DNA of 44,918 nucleotides from Vectrevirus LI10P3. Position numbers and translations under genes: made by a program. A model generated the notes under the pieces. That model was not told the DNA's origin. It worked only from the letters and a program-made list of their open reading frames with translations, and did not search any database. Positions within the stretch are counted from its first letter, which is position 1, and every line of letters begins with the position of its first letter. The stretch lies in sequence record OZ035798.1. One strand, 5' to 3'. Shown piece by piece: positions 34,441 through 44,769 of the stretch.

Positions 34441-36842
34441 TGGAAGTACAAGGTTCATTAGGTAGACAAATCCAAGGCATTAGCCAGCAGCCGCCAGCGG
34501 TACGCTTGGATGGTCAGTGCACAGCCATGATTAATATGATACCTGATGTAGTGAATGGTACTCAATCACGCATGGGTACAACTCATATTGCAAAGATACT
34601 TGATGCGGGGACTGATGACATGGCTACTCATCATTATCGCAGAGGTGATGGTGATGAAGAGTATTTCTTCACGTTGAAGAAAGGACAAGTTCCTGAGATA
34701 TTTGATAAGTATGGGCGCAAATGTAATGTGACTTCACAAGATACACCTATGGCTTACTTGGCTGAGGTGATAAACCCAAGAGAAGATGTACAATTCATGA
34801 CGATAGCTGATGTTACTTTCATGCTTAATCGTAGGAAAGTAGTTAAAGCTAGTAACAGGAAGTCACCTAAAGTTGGAAACAAAGCCATTGTGTTTTGTGC
34901 GTATGGTCAATATGGTACATCTTATTCCATTGTAATTAATGGGACCAACGCTGCTAGTTTTAAAACACCGGATGGTGGAAGTGCAGACCATGTTGAACAA
35001 ATTCGAACTGAACGTATCACTTCTGAATTGTACTCTAAGTTGCAGCAATGGAGCGGTGTGAGTGACTATGAAATACAAAGAGACGGTACTAGTATATTTA
35101 TCGAGAGACGGGATGGTGCTAGCTTTACAATAACAACCACCGATGGTGCAAAAGGTAAGGACTTAGTGGCTATCAAGAATAAAGTTAGCTCTACTGACCT
35201 ACTCCCTTCTCGTGCTCCTGCTGGTTATAAAGTACAAGTGTGGCCCACTGGCAGCAAACCTGAGTCTCGTTACTGGCTGCAAGCTGAGCCTAAAGAGGGA
35301 AACCTTGTGTCTTGGAAAGAAACAATAGCTGCCGATGTATTACTTGGGTTTGATAAAGGCACAATGCCTTATATCATTGAACGTACAGGTATCGTAGACG
35401 GCATAGCTCAATTCAAGATAAGACAAGGCGATTGGGAAGATCGTAAAGTAGGAGATGACCTGACTAACCCTATGCCTTCTTTTATTGATGAAGAAGTACC
35501 TCAGACAATAGGTGGGATGTTCATGGTGCAGAACCGCCTATGCTTTACAGCAGGTGAAGCTGTTATTGCTTCTCGTACATCATACTTCTTCGATTTCTTT
35601 CGTTATACGGTTATCTCTGCATTGGCAACTGACCCATTTGATATTTTCTCAGATGCTAGTGAAGTCTACCAGCTAAAACATGCAGTGACCTTAGATGGCG
35701 CTACCGTGTTGTTCTCTGATAAGTCACAATTCATACTGCCAGGAGATAAGCCTTTAGAGAAGTCAAATGCATTGCTTAAGCCTGTTACAACATTTGAAGT
35801 GAACAATAAAGTGAAGCCAGTAGTAACTGGTGAATCGGTAATGTTTGCCACTAATGATGGTTCTTACTCTGGTGTACGAGAGTTCTATACAGACTCTTAT
35901 AGTGACACTAAGAAGGCACAAGCAATCACAAGTCATGTGAATAAACTCATCGAAGGTAACATTACCAACATGGCAGCAAGCACCAATGTCAACAGGTTAC
36001 TTGTCACTACCGATAAGTATCGTAACATAGTCTACTGCTACGATTGGTTATGGCAAGGAACAGACCGTGTACAATCAGCATGGCATGTATGGAAGTGGCC
36101 TATAGGTACAAAGGTGCGAGGTATGTTTTATTCTGGCGAATTACTTTACCTGCTCCTTGAGAGAGGCAATGGTGTCTATCTGGAGAAGATGGATATGGGT
36201 GATGCATTAACCTATGGTTTAAATGATCGCATCCGAATGGATAGACAGGCAGAGTTAATCTTCCAGCATTTCAAAGCAGAAGATGAATGGGTATCTGAAC
36301 CGCTACCTTGGGTTCCTACTAACCCAGAACTTTTAGATTGCATCTTAATCGAGGGTTGGGATTCATATATTGGTGGTTCTTTCCTATTCAAATACAACCC
36401 CGGTGATAACACCTTGTCTACAACCTTTGATATGCATGATGATAGCCACGTAAAAGCGAAGGTTATTGTTGGTCAGATTTACCCTCAAGAGTTTGAACCA
36501 ACACCTGTAGTTATCAGAGATAGGCAAGACCGTGTATCCTATATTGATGTACCTGTTGTGGGACTAGTTCACCTTAATCTTGATATGTATCCTGATTTCT
36601 CCGTGGAGGTTAAGAATGTGAAGAGTGGTAAAGTACGCAGGGTGCTAGCGTCAAACCGTATAGGTGGTGCTCTCAACAATACAGTAGGTTATGTTGAACC
36701 AAGAGAAGGTGTCTTCAGATTCCCACTGAGAGCTAAGAGTACGGATGCTGTTTATCGTATTATTGTAGAATCACCTCACACATTCCAGCTTCGTGATATT
36801 GAGTGGGAAGGGAGCTACAATCCAACCAAAAGGAGGGTCTAA
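34440..36842 (+). CDS. Tail tubular protein B (gp12-like)
   Basis: TAATG coupling; N-terminal GISQQP motif as in recalled T7 gp12; 800 aa. Confidence 0.85.
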   Translation: MEVQGSLGRQIQGISQQPPAVRLDGQCTAMINMIPDVVNGTQSRMGTTHIAKILDAGTDDMATHHYRRGDGDEEYFFTLKKGQVPEIFDKYGRKCNVTSQDTPMAYLAEVINPREDVQFMTIADVTFMLNRRKVVKASNRKSPKVGNKAIVFCAYGQYGTSYSIVINGTNAASFKTPDGGSADHVEQIRTERITSELYSKLQQWSGVSDYEIQRDGTSIFIERRDGASFTITTTDGAKGKDLVAIKNKVSSTDLLPSRAPAGYKVQVWPTGSKPESRYWLQAEPKEGNLVSWKETIAADVLLGFDKGTMPYIIERTGIVDGIAQFKIRQGDWEDRKVGDDLTNPMPSFIDEEVPQTIGGMFMVQNRLCFTAGEAVIASRTSYFFDFFRYTVISALATDPFDIFSDASEVYQLKHAVTLDGATVLFSDKSQFILPGDKPLEKSNALLKPVTTFEVNNKVKPVVTGESVMFATNDGSYSGVREFYTDSYSDTKKAQAITSHVNKLIEGNITNMAASTNVNRLLVTTDKYRNIVYCYDWLWQGTDRVQSAWHVWKWPIGTKVRGMFYSGELLYLLLERGNGVYLEKMDMGDALTYGLNDRIRMDRQAELIFQHFKAEDEWVSEPLPWVPTNPELLDCILIEGWDSYIGGSFLFKYNPGDNTLSTTFDMHDDSHVKAKVIVGQIYPQEFEPTPVVIRDRQDRVSYIDVPVVGLVHLNLDMYPDFSVEVKNVKSGKVRRVLASNRIGGALNNTVGYVEPREGVFRFPLRAKSTDAVYRIIVESPHTFQLRDIEWEGSYNPTKRRV

Positions 36843-37588
36843 TGGCTATAGGTTCAGCCGTTATGGCTGGTATGTCTTCTATTGGTAGTATGTTTGCAGG
36901 TAGCGGTGCAGCCGCCGCTGCTGGTGGTACTGCCGCAGCCGCAGGAGGGACAGCCGCCGCAGGTGGCGGAGGTTTGCTTGGCTCCCTTGGTAGTTTCTTA
37001 GGAGGTTCTTCTGCTGGCTTCTCTAATGCAGGACTGCTTAGTGCAGGTATGCAAGGTCTTGGTCTTCTAGGCAATCTTTTTGGTGGAAGTGATGAAGCCA
37101 AAGCTATGAAGAAAGCTCAGGAGGAGCAATGGCGGCAGCAGTTAATTGCTACACAAGAAGCATATAAGACAGTGGCAGATGCAGAACGCTCTGCTGCTAA
37201 ACAGTATCATGCGGATGCAATAAGCAATCAGGCTTCACTGCTACAGCAAAGAGCGCAGGTTGCACTACTTGCAGGTGCAACTGGCACTGGTGGTAACTCT
37301 GTATCTTCTATGCTGAATGACTTAGCAGCAGAGGGCGGGAGGAACCAGAGTACAATTATTGATAACTATGAGAATCAGAAGATTAACTTCACCAATCAGC
37401 TTAAGTCTATCCAGCGAGGTGGACAGATGCAGATGCGTGAGTTTAAGAAGCCTTCTGCCGTGAGCACCTTGGTGCAAGGTATACCGAGTCTGGCATCTGC
37501 CTATGTAACAGGTAGTAAGTCCGGCATGGCTTTAGGTAAAGCTTTAACTGATTCTCGTACATATTCATCTGGAACAAGAGGTATTTAA
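36842..37588 (+). CDS. Internal virion protein (Gly/Ala-rich)
   Basis: GGAGGG RBS; poly-Ala/Gly low-complexity N-terminal half; translationally coupled on both sides. Confidence 0.7.
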   Translation: MAIGSAVMAGMSSIGSMFAGSGAAAAAGGTAAAAGGTAAAGGGGLLGSLGSFLGGSSAGFSNAGLLSAGMQGLGLLGNLFGGSDEAKAMKKAQEEQWRQQLIATQEAYKTVADAERSAAKQYHADAISNQASLLQQRAQVALLAGATGTGGNSVSSMLNDLAAEGGRNQSTIIDNYENQKINFTNQLKSIQRGGQMQMREFKKPSAVSTLVQGIPSLASAYVTGSKSGMALGKALTDSRTYSSGTRGI

Positions 37589-40536
37589 TGGCAATTGAGC
37601 GACAAGCAGTACAAGGTCTGCCACAAGTGCAGGCCACTTCTCCTAATGTCATGACCTTTGCACCTCAGCGAGTTGGAGGTGTGGAGGCTGGCGTAGCTTC
37701 TACCTCCGGTAGTCGATTTATCGAAGACCTTATTCGAGCAGCCAGTAGTGTAGCTGATGTAACCACTGGTATCCTTAATCAAAAGATTGAGGAAGATAAG
37801 GTTGTTCAAATGGAACGGGCATATAACGGATTAATGCCTTCTGAGGATGCAACTCGTGGTGGCGCTCGTGCTAACATGCTTGTCAAAGCTCAACTGCTAG
37901 CTAATGATGAAGCAGCACGAATGAAAGACATGGCTACTCGTTTCCAAGGAACGGATGACGAGTGGACACAACTTATGGTTGACTCTCGTAATGAGATGCA
38001 GAATAAGCTGTTCCAGCAATACCCTGAGTTGCAAGGTGACAAAGATACTATGCGTATGGTCACTAATGTCTTCCAAGAACAGCAGCCTCAGATTTGGGCT
38101 ACACGAACCCAGCATAAACTTGACCGTGAACAAGCAGACCGTGAGGATACCTTTGACGGTCGAGTGGCTTCTACTTGGGATTCTAATATTGACCCTGAAG
38201 CCTCTGGCTATGCTTTACAGGAACGAATCCGCGAAGGTCTTACTCAAGGATTACTACCTGAACAGATGCACAAGAAGTTAGTCCAGCGAGCAATTTCACT
38301 TGCACAAGGCGGTGATGTTAGCATGGCTGAAGCCCTGAAGTATGTGAAGGACGATAAGGGTGTTTCTGTTTATGCTAAGAATCCACAGCTTATCACAGCC
38401 ATCACTAGTGGTAATGCAGTTTGGGCTAGGAATAATGTAGCTGATGTAACTCGTATGTCTTTCGAAGTTAAAGAATCCTACCTTGCAGGTGATTTAACTG
38501 ATGAAGAATTGTTGGAACGAGCACAGCACATTAATAATCTGACAGGTAACTCTGTCTTCTCTAATCCAGAGCTAGAGGCACTGATGCGCCAACGGGCTAA
38601 GCAGAATGCAGAGCTAGGTGCAATGCAGGATATGCGACGTGAGCTTTACTCCGACCGCCTGACTGGCTTCCAAGGTAAGACTGATAAAGAGAAGAAGGCT
38701 TACATTGATGTTATCAAACAGGATAGCCAACTTTATGCAGACCAGCAAATCAAACAACGTGGCTTGGACCCTTACAGTCAAGAGGCTGAAGCTATTCGTG
38801 GTGCAGTGGAAGTGCAGCGCCTGCAATTCATGAACTCCAAAGGCTTAGTGGATGATACCTTTGAGTCTCGTATCAAAGCCATGGAATCTATGCTATCGCC
38901 TGAGCACTTTGCCAAGGGCGAACCACAGGAGTTGATGACTATTCGCCAGTTGTGGGAACAGTTGCCAGAAGAGAGCCGAGGTGTCTTTGGTGACACGGTG
39001 AATGGCTACATGGATAACTACAACACTGCACTACAAATGGGAGAGACACCTTTGCAGGCTGCAAGGTTTGCGCGTGAAGCACAGCAGAAATTCTCTCGTA
39101 CTGAGAAGGAAACCAAGAAGTTCAACTCAGCTATTGGAGATGCACTGGATGAGGTATCTGGTGCTGGCTGGTTTGATGGTAAAACCGAAGTGTCAGACTT
39201 AGGTAAAGCTATTGCGGAAGAAGAGTTACGAGCTAAGGCCAATATGTTGTGGTCTAGTGGTATGCGTAACATGGATTCTATCAAGAAGGCTTTAATTACT
39301 TGGGGCAATAAACGCTACACTCAAACAGAGGATGCAAAGACTTCCGGTGGCTATTTCATTAAAGGTGATTACACTTCTGCATCTGATATGCTTATGTCAG
39401 TTGGGAAAGGCGTAAACCCTACCGATGTACCTCTGGCGCTTGGTAGGTATGTAGAAACACAGATGCCAGAATTGAAGAAGGAGCTTCAAGAGTGGGAAAC
39501 TAAAGATGATATATACATTGATTACAATGAACAGAAAGGAACTTTTGTGATTCGTGCTGGTGCAGCAGGTCGCCCTCTTTCTGGAGTAATCCCTGTAACC
39601 TCTTTAGATACTACTTCACTACTAGATTCTGCCTATCAGAAGAAAGTAGAGGAACGAGATAAAGGCGAGTATGTCCACCCGTATCGTACAGATATTGGTG
39701 CACAAGAGCCTATGCCAGCTAAACCAACTGCCAAAGATATTGGTAAATTTGGACTAGCTAACTTCCTCATGTCTTCTGCTTTTGCTTCTGGTGAGAATCT
39801 GCCTTCTAACTTCGAGATTAACTATCGAGGTAATATGCAACAATTCTATGACAAGCTAGCTATGGATGAGAATAAAGATAAAGTTGGCTTTAATAAGGCA
39901 ACTGGAACCTTTACTCCATATAAAGACGCTCGCGGTGAGTCTATCGGTTACGGTCATTTCTTAACGGAAGAAGAGAAGCGAAACGGGTATATTAAGATTG
40001 GTGATGAACTAGTTCCCTATCGAGGGTCTATGTCTCAGCTTACAGAGAGCAAGGCTCGCGCTCTTATGGAGCAAGATGCTAAGAAGCATGTGCCTCCTAC
40101 TCGTGACTGGAAGATTCCGTTTGACCAGATGCATCCTGCACAGCAACGTGGCTTGATGGATTTAACCTACAATTTAGGTAAAGGTGGAATCCAGAACTCA
40201 CCGCGTGCTTTTGCTGCATTCAAAGCTGGTAAGCTTACGGAAGGCTTTATCGAAATGCTGGGCACTGCATCAAGTGAAGGTAAGCGTATTCCTGGCCTAC
40301 TGAAGCGACGCGCTGAGGCATACAATATGGCATCTGCTGGTGGTGTGCCTAAGATTACCGAAGTGGAGACTCGTGAAGATGGCTCCATGTGGGTTAGGTT
40401 TGGTGGACCTATGCCAGCAGGTTCTGTCTCGGCATGGACTCATAAACGTATTGGCGCGGATGGTTGGTATCAGGTTTATGAGGCTGCACCTACCAAGTTA
40501 GCTAAAGGTTCTAAGGTAGGTAAATTTAAGTTGTAG
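37588..40536 (+). CDS. Internal virion (ejection) protein with C-terminal lysozyme-like domain
   Basis: 982 aa; region ~aa 780-930 (YKDARGESIGYGHFLTEEEK...GLMDLTYNLGKGG...KRRAEAYNM) resembles a T4-lysozyme-type (GH24) fold. Confidence 0.75.
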   Translation: MAIERQAVQGLPQVQATSPNVMTFAPQRVGGVEAGVASTSGSRFIEDLIRAASSVADVTTGILNQKIEEDKVVQMERAYNGLMPSEDATRGGARANMLVKAQLLANDEAARMKDMATRFQGTDDEWTQLMVDSRNEMQNKLFQQYPELQGDKDTMRMVTNVFQEQQPQIWATRTQHKLDREQADREDTFDGRVASTWDSNIDPEASGYALQERIREGLTQGLLPEQMHKKLVQRAISLAQGGDVSMAEALKYVKDDKGVSVYAKNPQLITAITSGNAVWARNNVADVTRMSFEVKESYLAGDLTDEELLERAQHINNLTGNSVFSNPELEALMRQRAKQNAELGAMQDMRRELYSDRLTGFQGKTDKEKKAYIDVIKQDSQLYADQQIKQRGLDPYSQEAEAIRGAVEVQRLQFMNSKGLVDDTFESRIKAMESMLSPEHFAKGEPQELMTIRQLWEQLPEESRGVFGDTVNGYMDNYNTALQMGETPLQAARFAREAQQKFSRTEKETKKFNSAIGDALDEVSGAGWFDGKTEVSDLGKAIAEEELRAKANMLWSSGMRNMDSIKKALITWGNKRYTQTEDAKTSGGYFIKGDYTSASDMLMSVGKGVNPTDVPLALGRYVETQMPELKKELQEWETKDDIYIDYNEQKGTFVIRAGAAGRPLSGVIPVTSLDTTSLLDSAYQKKVEERDKGEYVHPYRTDIGAQEPMPAKPTAKDIGKFGLANFLMSSAFASGENLPSNFEINYRGNMQQFYDKLAMDENKDKVGFNKATGTFTPYKDARGESIGYGHFLTEEEKRNGYIKIGDELVPYRGSMSQLTESKARALMEQDAKKHVPPTRDWKIPFDQMHPAQQRGLMDLTYNLGKGGIQNSPRAFAAFKAGKLTEGFIEMLGTASSEGKRIPGLLKRRAEAYNMASAGGVPKITEVETREDGSMWVRFGGPMPAGSVSAWTHKRIGADGWYQVYEAAPTKLAKGSKVGKFKL

Positions 40537-40548
40537 TATCTAACTCAA

Positions 40549-40575
40549 GGCTTGTCTCACATGTGAGACAGGTCT
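40549..40575 (+). repeat. Conserved palindrome, copy 6 (extended hairpin, terminator-like)
   Basis: GGCTTGTCTCACATGTGAGACAGGTCT then TTATG. Confidence 0.65.
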
Positions 40576-40600
40576 TTATGATAGGCACTATGGAGGAATT

Positions 40601-43600
40601 ATGGAACAAGACATTAAGACTAATTGGGCTGGATATGTCCAGTCTACTCCTGAGCCGTTTTCTATTGAGGCGGCTCCGGTATCGGCTCCTACGATACGCC
40701 AGCGTAATGAGTTACAAGAGCAAGTTCTTGAAGCTAAAGCTGATGCTGATATCTTAGGTGCTGTAGGTGCTGCCTTCCAGAATGAGTGGTTGGCATTCGG
40801 AGGCAAGCGGTGGTATGACCGTGCCACTGCTGATTTCACACCTCAACCAGACTTCGAGATACAACCTGAGCAACGTGAAGCACTACGTTTCAAATATGGT
40901 ACAGATATGATGCAGACAATCACTGAGGGTGTTCGTTCTGAGGATGAATTGAACTTCCGTATTCAGAATGCTGATGAAGACCTTGAGCGCAATAAGCGCA
41001 TTACTCAGGCTGGCTGGGTTGGCTCTGTGGCGACGATTGGCGCTGCTGTGCTTGACCCAGTGGGTTGGGTTGCCTCTATCCCAACTGGCGGTGCAGCCAA
41101 AGTCGGCCTCGTAGGTCGTGCCGTGCGTGGCGCTATCGCCGCTGGCGTGAGCAATGCCGCTATTGAATCCGTATTGGTCCAAAGTGACATGACTCGTGAT
41201 TTAGATGACATTATGGTAGCACTAGGTTCCGGTATGGCTATGGGTGGCGTTATTGGCGCTGTAGCGCGTGGTAGGGCCACTAAGCTCAGTGAGCAAGGGG
41301 ATGACAGGGCTGCGAGCATTGTGCGCAGTGCAGACGCAGGGGACCGCTATGTGCGTGCTGTTGCTGATGACAGTATCGGTGCGATGCGTGTTAAGGGCGA
41401 AGAGGTACTCACTGAGGGCGCATTTGATATATCTAGTAAAGGCGAAGACTTGCTGAAAACATTGCAGAGGGAGGGGAACTCTATTGATATGACCCCTCGC
41501 CGCTGGGCCGGAACCATGTCTGCCCTTGGGACTGTCGTGCACTCCTCTCATGATGCTAGTGTTCGTGGCCTCGGTGCTCGCCTGTTTGAGTCTCCGCAAG
41601 GTTTAGGTATGCAAAAGGCATCTGCCAGTCTTATGCAGAATACCAACTTGAATCGACTGAAGTCTGCTGATATGAACCGTTTCAATGACGGGTTTGACTT
41701 ATGGCTCAAAGAAAATAATATCAATCCAGTTGCAGGCCATACTAACTCTCACTATGTGCAGCAATATAATGAGAAGGTATGGGAAGCTGTACGCATCGGT
41801 ATGGATGAGTCTACGCCTAAGTCTATCCGTATGGCAGCAGAGGGGCAGCAAGCTATGTACCGAGAAGCCTTAGCTTTAAGGAAGCGCTCCGGTGAAGCTG
41901 GCTTTGAAAACATTAAAGCAGATAATAAGTATATGCCTGATATCTTTGACACTATGAAAGCTCGCCGTCAATTTGATAGGATAGGAAAGGATATAGATAA
42001 AGAAGATATCATTGAGTTATTCTCTCGTGCTTATCAGAACGGCGCTCGTAAAATTCCAAAAGAAGTAGCGGATGAAATTGCACGAGCACAAGTAAACCGT
42101 GTTGTGGATGCCACTCTGACAGGACGTATGAGTTTCGAAAAGGCTATGTCTGGTCAGACTAAAGCCGAGTATGAAGCAATAATGCGCAAGGCAGGCTTCA
42201 GTGATGAAGAAATTGAAAAGATGGTAGAAGCTCTGGATAACAAAGAAACCAGAGATAACATCTCTAACCGAGCTAAAATGAGTTTAGGATTAGATGTTAC
42301 TCAAGAATACAATGGTATTCGTATGCGTGACTTCATGAATACCAACGTGGAAGAGCTAACAGATAACTATATGAAGGAGGCAGCAGGTGGCGCTGCATTG
42401 GCCCGTCAAGGATTCTCTACCTATCAGGCTGCACTTAATGCAATTGACCTTGTAGAGCGAAATGCACGAAACGCGGCTAAGGATAGCAAGGCTAGCTTAG
42501 CACTAGATGAAGAGATTCGTCAAATGCGAGAAGGGCTTCGCTTGATTATGGGTAAATCTATCGATGTAGACCCACAGGCTTTGTCTACTAAAATGCTGCG
42601 ACGTGGTCGTGACATTACAGGTGTACTTCGCTTAGGTCAGATGGGCTTCGCACAGCTAGGTGAACTTGCTAACTTCATGGGTGAGTTTGGTATTGCTGCA
42701 ACCACTATAGCTTTAGGTAAGCAATTCCGCTTTACATCTAAGGCTTTGCGGAGCGGTGATGGCTTCTTTCGAGATAAGAACTTGGCAGAAGTAGAGAGAA
42801 TGGTAGGTTACATTGGTGAGGATAACTGGCTAACAACCAAGGGTGCACGTCCAGATGAGTTTGGTGATGTAACCACAGTAAAAGGGATGATGGCTCACTT
42901 TGACCAATCCATGAACTCAATACGTCGTGCTCAGACCAACCTATCACTTTTCCGCATGGCACAGGGTTCTCTGGAGCGAATGACCAATAGGCAAATAGCT
43001 TTGTCTTTCATTGACCACCTTGAAGGCAAGAAGATTATTCCTCAGAAGAAACTGGAGGAACTTGGTCTTACTCAGGAGTTCATGACTAATCTACAGAAGC
43101 ACTATGATGCTAACTCTAAAGGTTCTGGCTTGCTTGGCTTTGATACAATGCCTTATGCCATGGGTGAAACTTTAGCTAATGCTATTCGTCGTAAGTCAGG
43201 TCTAATTATCCAACGTAACTTCATTGGTGATGAAGGTATCTGGATGAACAAAGCACTAGGTAAGACATTTGCACAGCTTAAGTCATTCTCTCTTGTATCT
43301 GGTGAGAAGCAATTTGGTCGAGGGATTCGCCACGATAAAATTGGTCTTGCTAAGAAGACAGCTTACGGGTTTGCTTTGGGTTCAATAGTATATGCGGCAA
43401 AAGCCTATGTGAACTCTATTGGGCGAGAAGACCAAGATGAATATTTGGAAGAGAAGTTATCTCCTAAAGGGTTGGCCTTTGGTGCAATGGGTATGATGAG
43501 TACAACTGCTGTATTTAGTCTAGGTGGAGATTTCTTAGGTGGCCTAGGTGTTCTACCTTCTGAGTTAGTACAATCCCGTTATGAGGCTGGCTTTCAGACT

Positions 43601-43798
43601 AAGGGTTTGATAGACCAAATACCACTAGTAGGTGTTGGTCAAGATGCATATCGTTTAGCAGATTCTATAACTAAATATGCAGAGGGTGATACAGAAGGTG
43701 TAGATGTGGCACGTAGGGCTTTACGCTTAGTGCCTCTAACTAATGTAATAGGAATCCAGAACGCATTGCGTTATGGCTTAGATGAACTGGAGGATTGA
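40601..43798 (+). CDS. Large internal virion / core protein
   Basis: 1065 aa; GGAGGA RBS; position after the other internal proteins. Confidence 0.75.
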   Translation: MEQDIKTNWAGYVQSTPEPFSIEAAPVSAPTIRQRNELQEQVLEAKADADILGAVGAAFQNEWLAFGGKRWYDRATADFTPQPDFEIQPEQREALRFKYGTDMMQTITEGVRSEDELNFRIQNADEDLERNKRITQAGWVGSVATIGAAVLDPVGWVASIPTGGAAKVGLVGRAVRGAIAAGVSNAAIESVLVQSDMTRDLDDIMVALGSGMAMGGVIGAVARGRATKLSEQGDDRAASIVRSADAGDRYVRAVADDSIGAMRVKGEEVLTEGAFDISSKGEDLLKTLQREGNSIDMTPRRWAGTMSALGTVVHSSHDASVRGLGARLFESPQGLGMQKASASLMQNTNLNRLKSADMNRFNDGFDLWLKENNINPVAGHTNSHYVQQYNEKVWEAVRIGMDESTPKSIRMAAEGQQAMYREALALRKRSGEAGFENIKADNKYMPDIFDTMKARRQFDRIGKDIDKEDIIELFSRAYQNGARKIPKEVADEIARAQVNRVVDATLTGRMSFEKAMSGQTKAEYEAIMRKAGFSDEEIEKMVEALDNKETRDNISNRAKMSLGLDVTQEYNGIRMRDFMNTNVEELTDNYMKEAAGGAALARQGFSTYQAALNAIDLVERNARNAAKDSKASLALDEEIRQMREGLRLIMGKSIDVDPQALSTKMLRRGRDITGVLRLGQMGFAQLGELANFMGEFGIAATTIALGKQFRFTSKALRSGDGFFRDKNLAEVERMVGYIGEDNWLTTKGARPDEFGDVTTVKGMMAHFDQSMNSIRRAQTNLSLFRMAQGSLERMTNRQIALSFIDHLEGKKIIPQKKLEELGLTQEFMTNLQKHYDANSKGSGLLGFDTMPYAMGETLANAIRRKSGLIIQRNFIGDEGIWMNKALGKTFAQLKSFSLVSGEKQFGRGIRHDKIGLAKKTAYGFALGSIVYAAKAYVNSIGREDQDEYLEEKLSPKGLAFGAMGMMSTTAVFSLGGDFLGGLGVLPSELVQSRYEAGFQTKGLIDQIPLVGVGQDAYRLADSITKYAEGDTEGVDVARRALRLVPLTNVIGIQNALRYGLDELED

Positions 43799-44760
43799 TG
43801 AGTTATACTTTCACAGAACATATAGCCAACGGTACGCAAGTAACCTATCCCTTTAGATTTGCTGGCAGGGATAAAGGCTATCTTCGTGCCTCAGATGTGA
43901 TAGTGGAATCTCTTCAAGGTAACACTTGGATTGAGGTTACATCTGGCTGGCAACTAACTGGCACGCACCAGATTACTTTTGATGTAGCACCAGTTGCAGG
44001 TTTGAAGTTCCGTATTCGAAGGGAAGTACAAAAGGAGTATCCATACGCTGAGTTTGACCGTGGTGTTACCTTGGATATGAAGTCTTTAAATGGTTCTTTC
44101 ATTCATATACTGGAGATTACACAGGAGTTACTTGACGGGTTTTATCCAGAAGGATACTTCATTAAACAGAATGTAAGCTGGGGCGGCAATAAGATTACTG
44201 ATTTGGCTGATGGCACAAATCCTGGAGATGCAGTAAATAAAGGGCAGCTTGATGCCATCGACAAGAAGCATACAGATTGGAACGCCAAACAGGACATTGA
44301 GATTGCTGGCCTTAAGGCTGGTATGACTTCTGGTATTGCGCACAGAACTGTTCCTTGGTACACGATAGCCAAAGGTGGTGAGATTTCCGTAAAACCACCT
44401 TATGAATTTCAAGATGCACTAGTTTTCCTTAATGGGGTGTTGCAGCACCAAATTGTAGGCGCATACTCTATAAGCAACAACACTATCACTTTCGCAGAGC
44501 CGCTTGTGGCGGGTACAGAGGTGTATGTGCTGATTGGTAGTCGTGTGGCTACATCTGAACCTAATATTCAGTTAGAGTTGAACTTTGACTTAGTAGAAGG
44601 CCAACAAGTAGTACAGATTGGCTCTGCATTTAAGTACATTGAGGTCTACCTTGATGGATTATTACAACCTAAACTTGCTTATCAGGTAGACGGTGACATT
44701 GTTACTTTCTCAGAAAGAGTACCAGAATGCCGGATGACTGCTAAGATTATCACAGCATAA
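43798..44760 (+). CDS. Tail-fibre adaptor protein (T7 gp17 N-terminal-domain-like)
   Basis: ATGA coupling with the upstream gene; 320 aa; N-terminus has the gp17 tail-attachment pattern; likely anchors the two tailspikes. Confidence 0.75.
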   Translation: MSYTFTEHIANGTQVTYPFRFAGRDKGYLRASDVIVESLQGNTWIEVTSGWQLTGTHQITFDVAPVAGLKFRIRREVQKEYPYAEFDRGVTLDMKSLNGSFIHILEITQELLDGFYPEGYFIKQNVSWGGNKITDLADGTNPGDAVNKGQLDAIDKKHTDWNAKQDIEIAGLKAGMTSGIAHRTVPWYTIAKGGEISVKPPYEFQDALVFLNGVLQHQIVGAYSISNNTITFAEPLVAGTEVYVLIGSRVATSEPNIQLELNFDLVEGQQVVQIGSAFKYIEVYLDGLLQPKLAYQVDGDIVTFSERVPECRMTAKIITA

Positions 44761-44769
44761 GGAGGTGGG

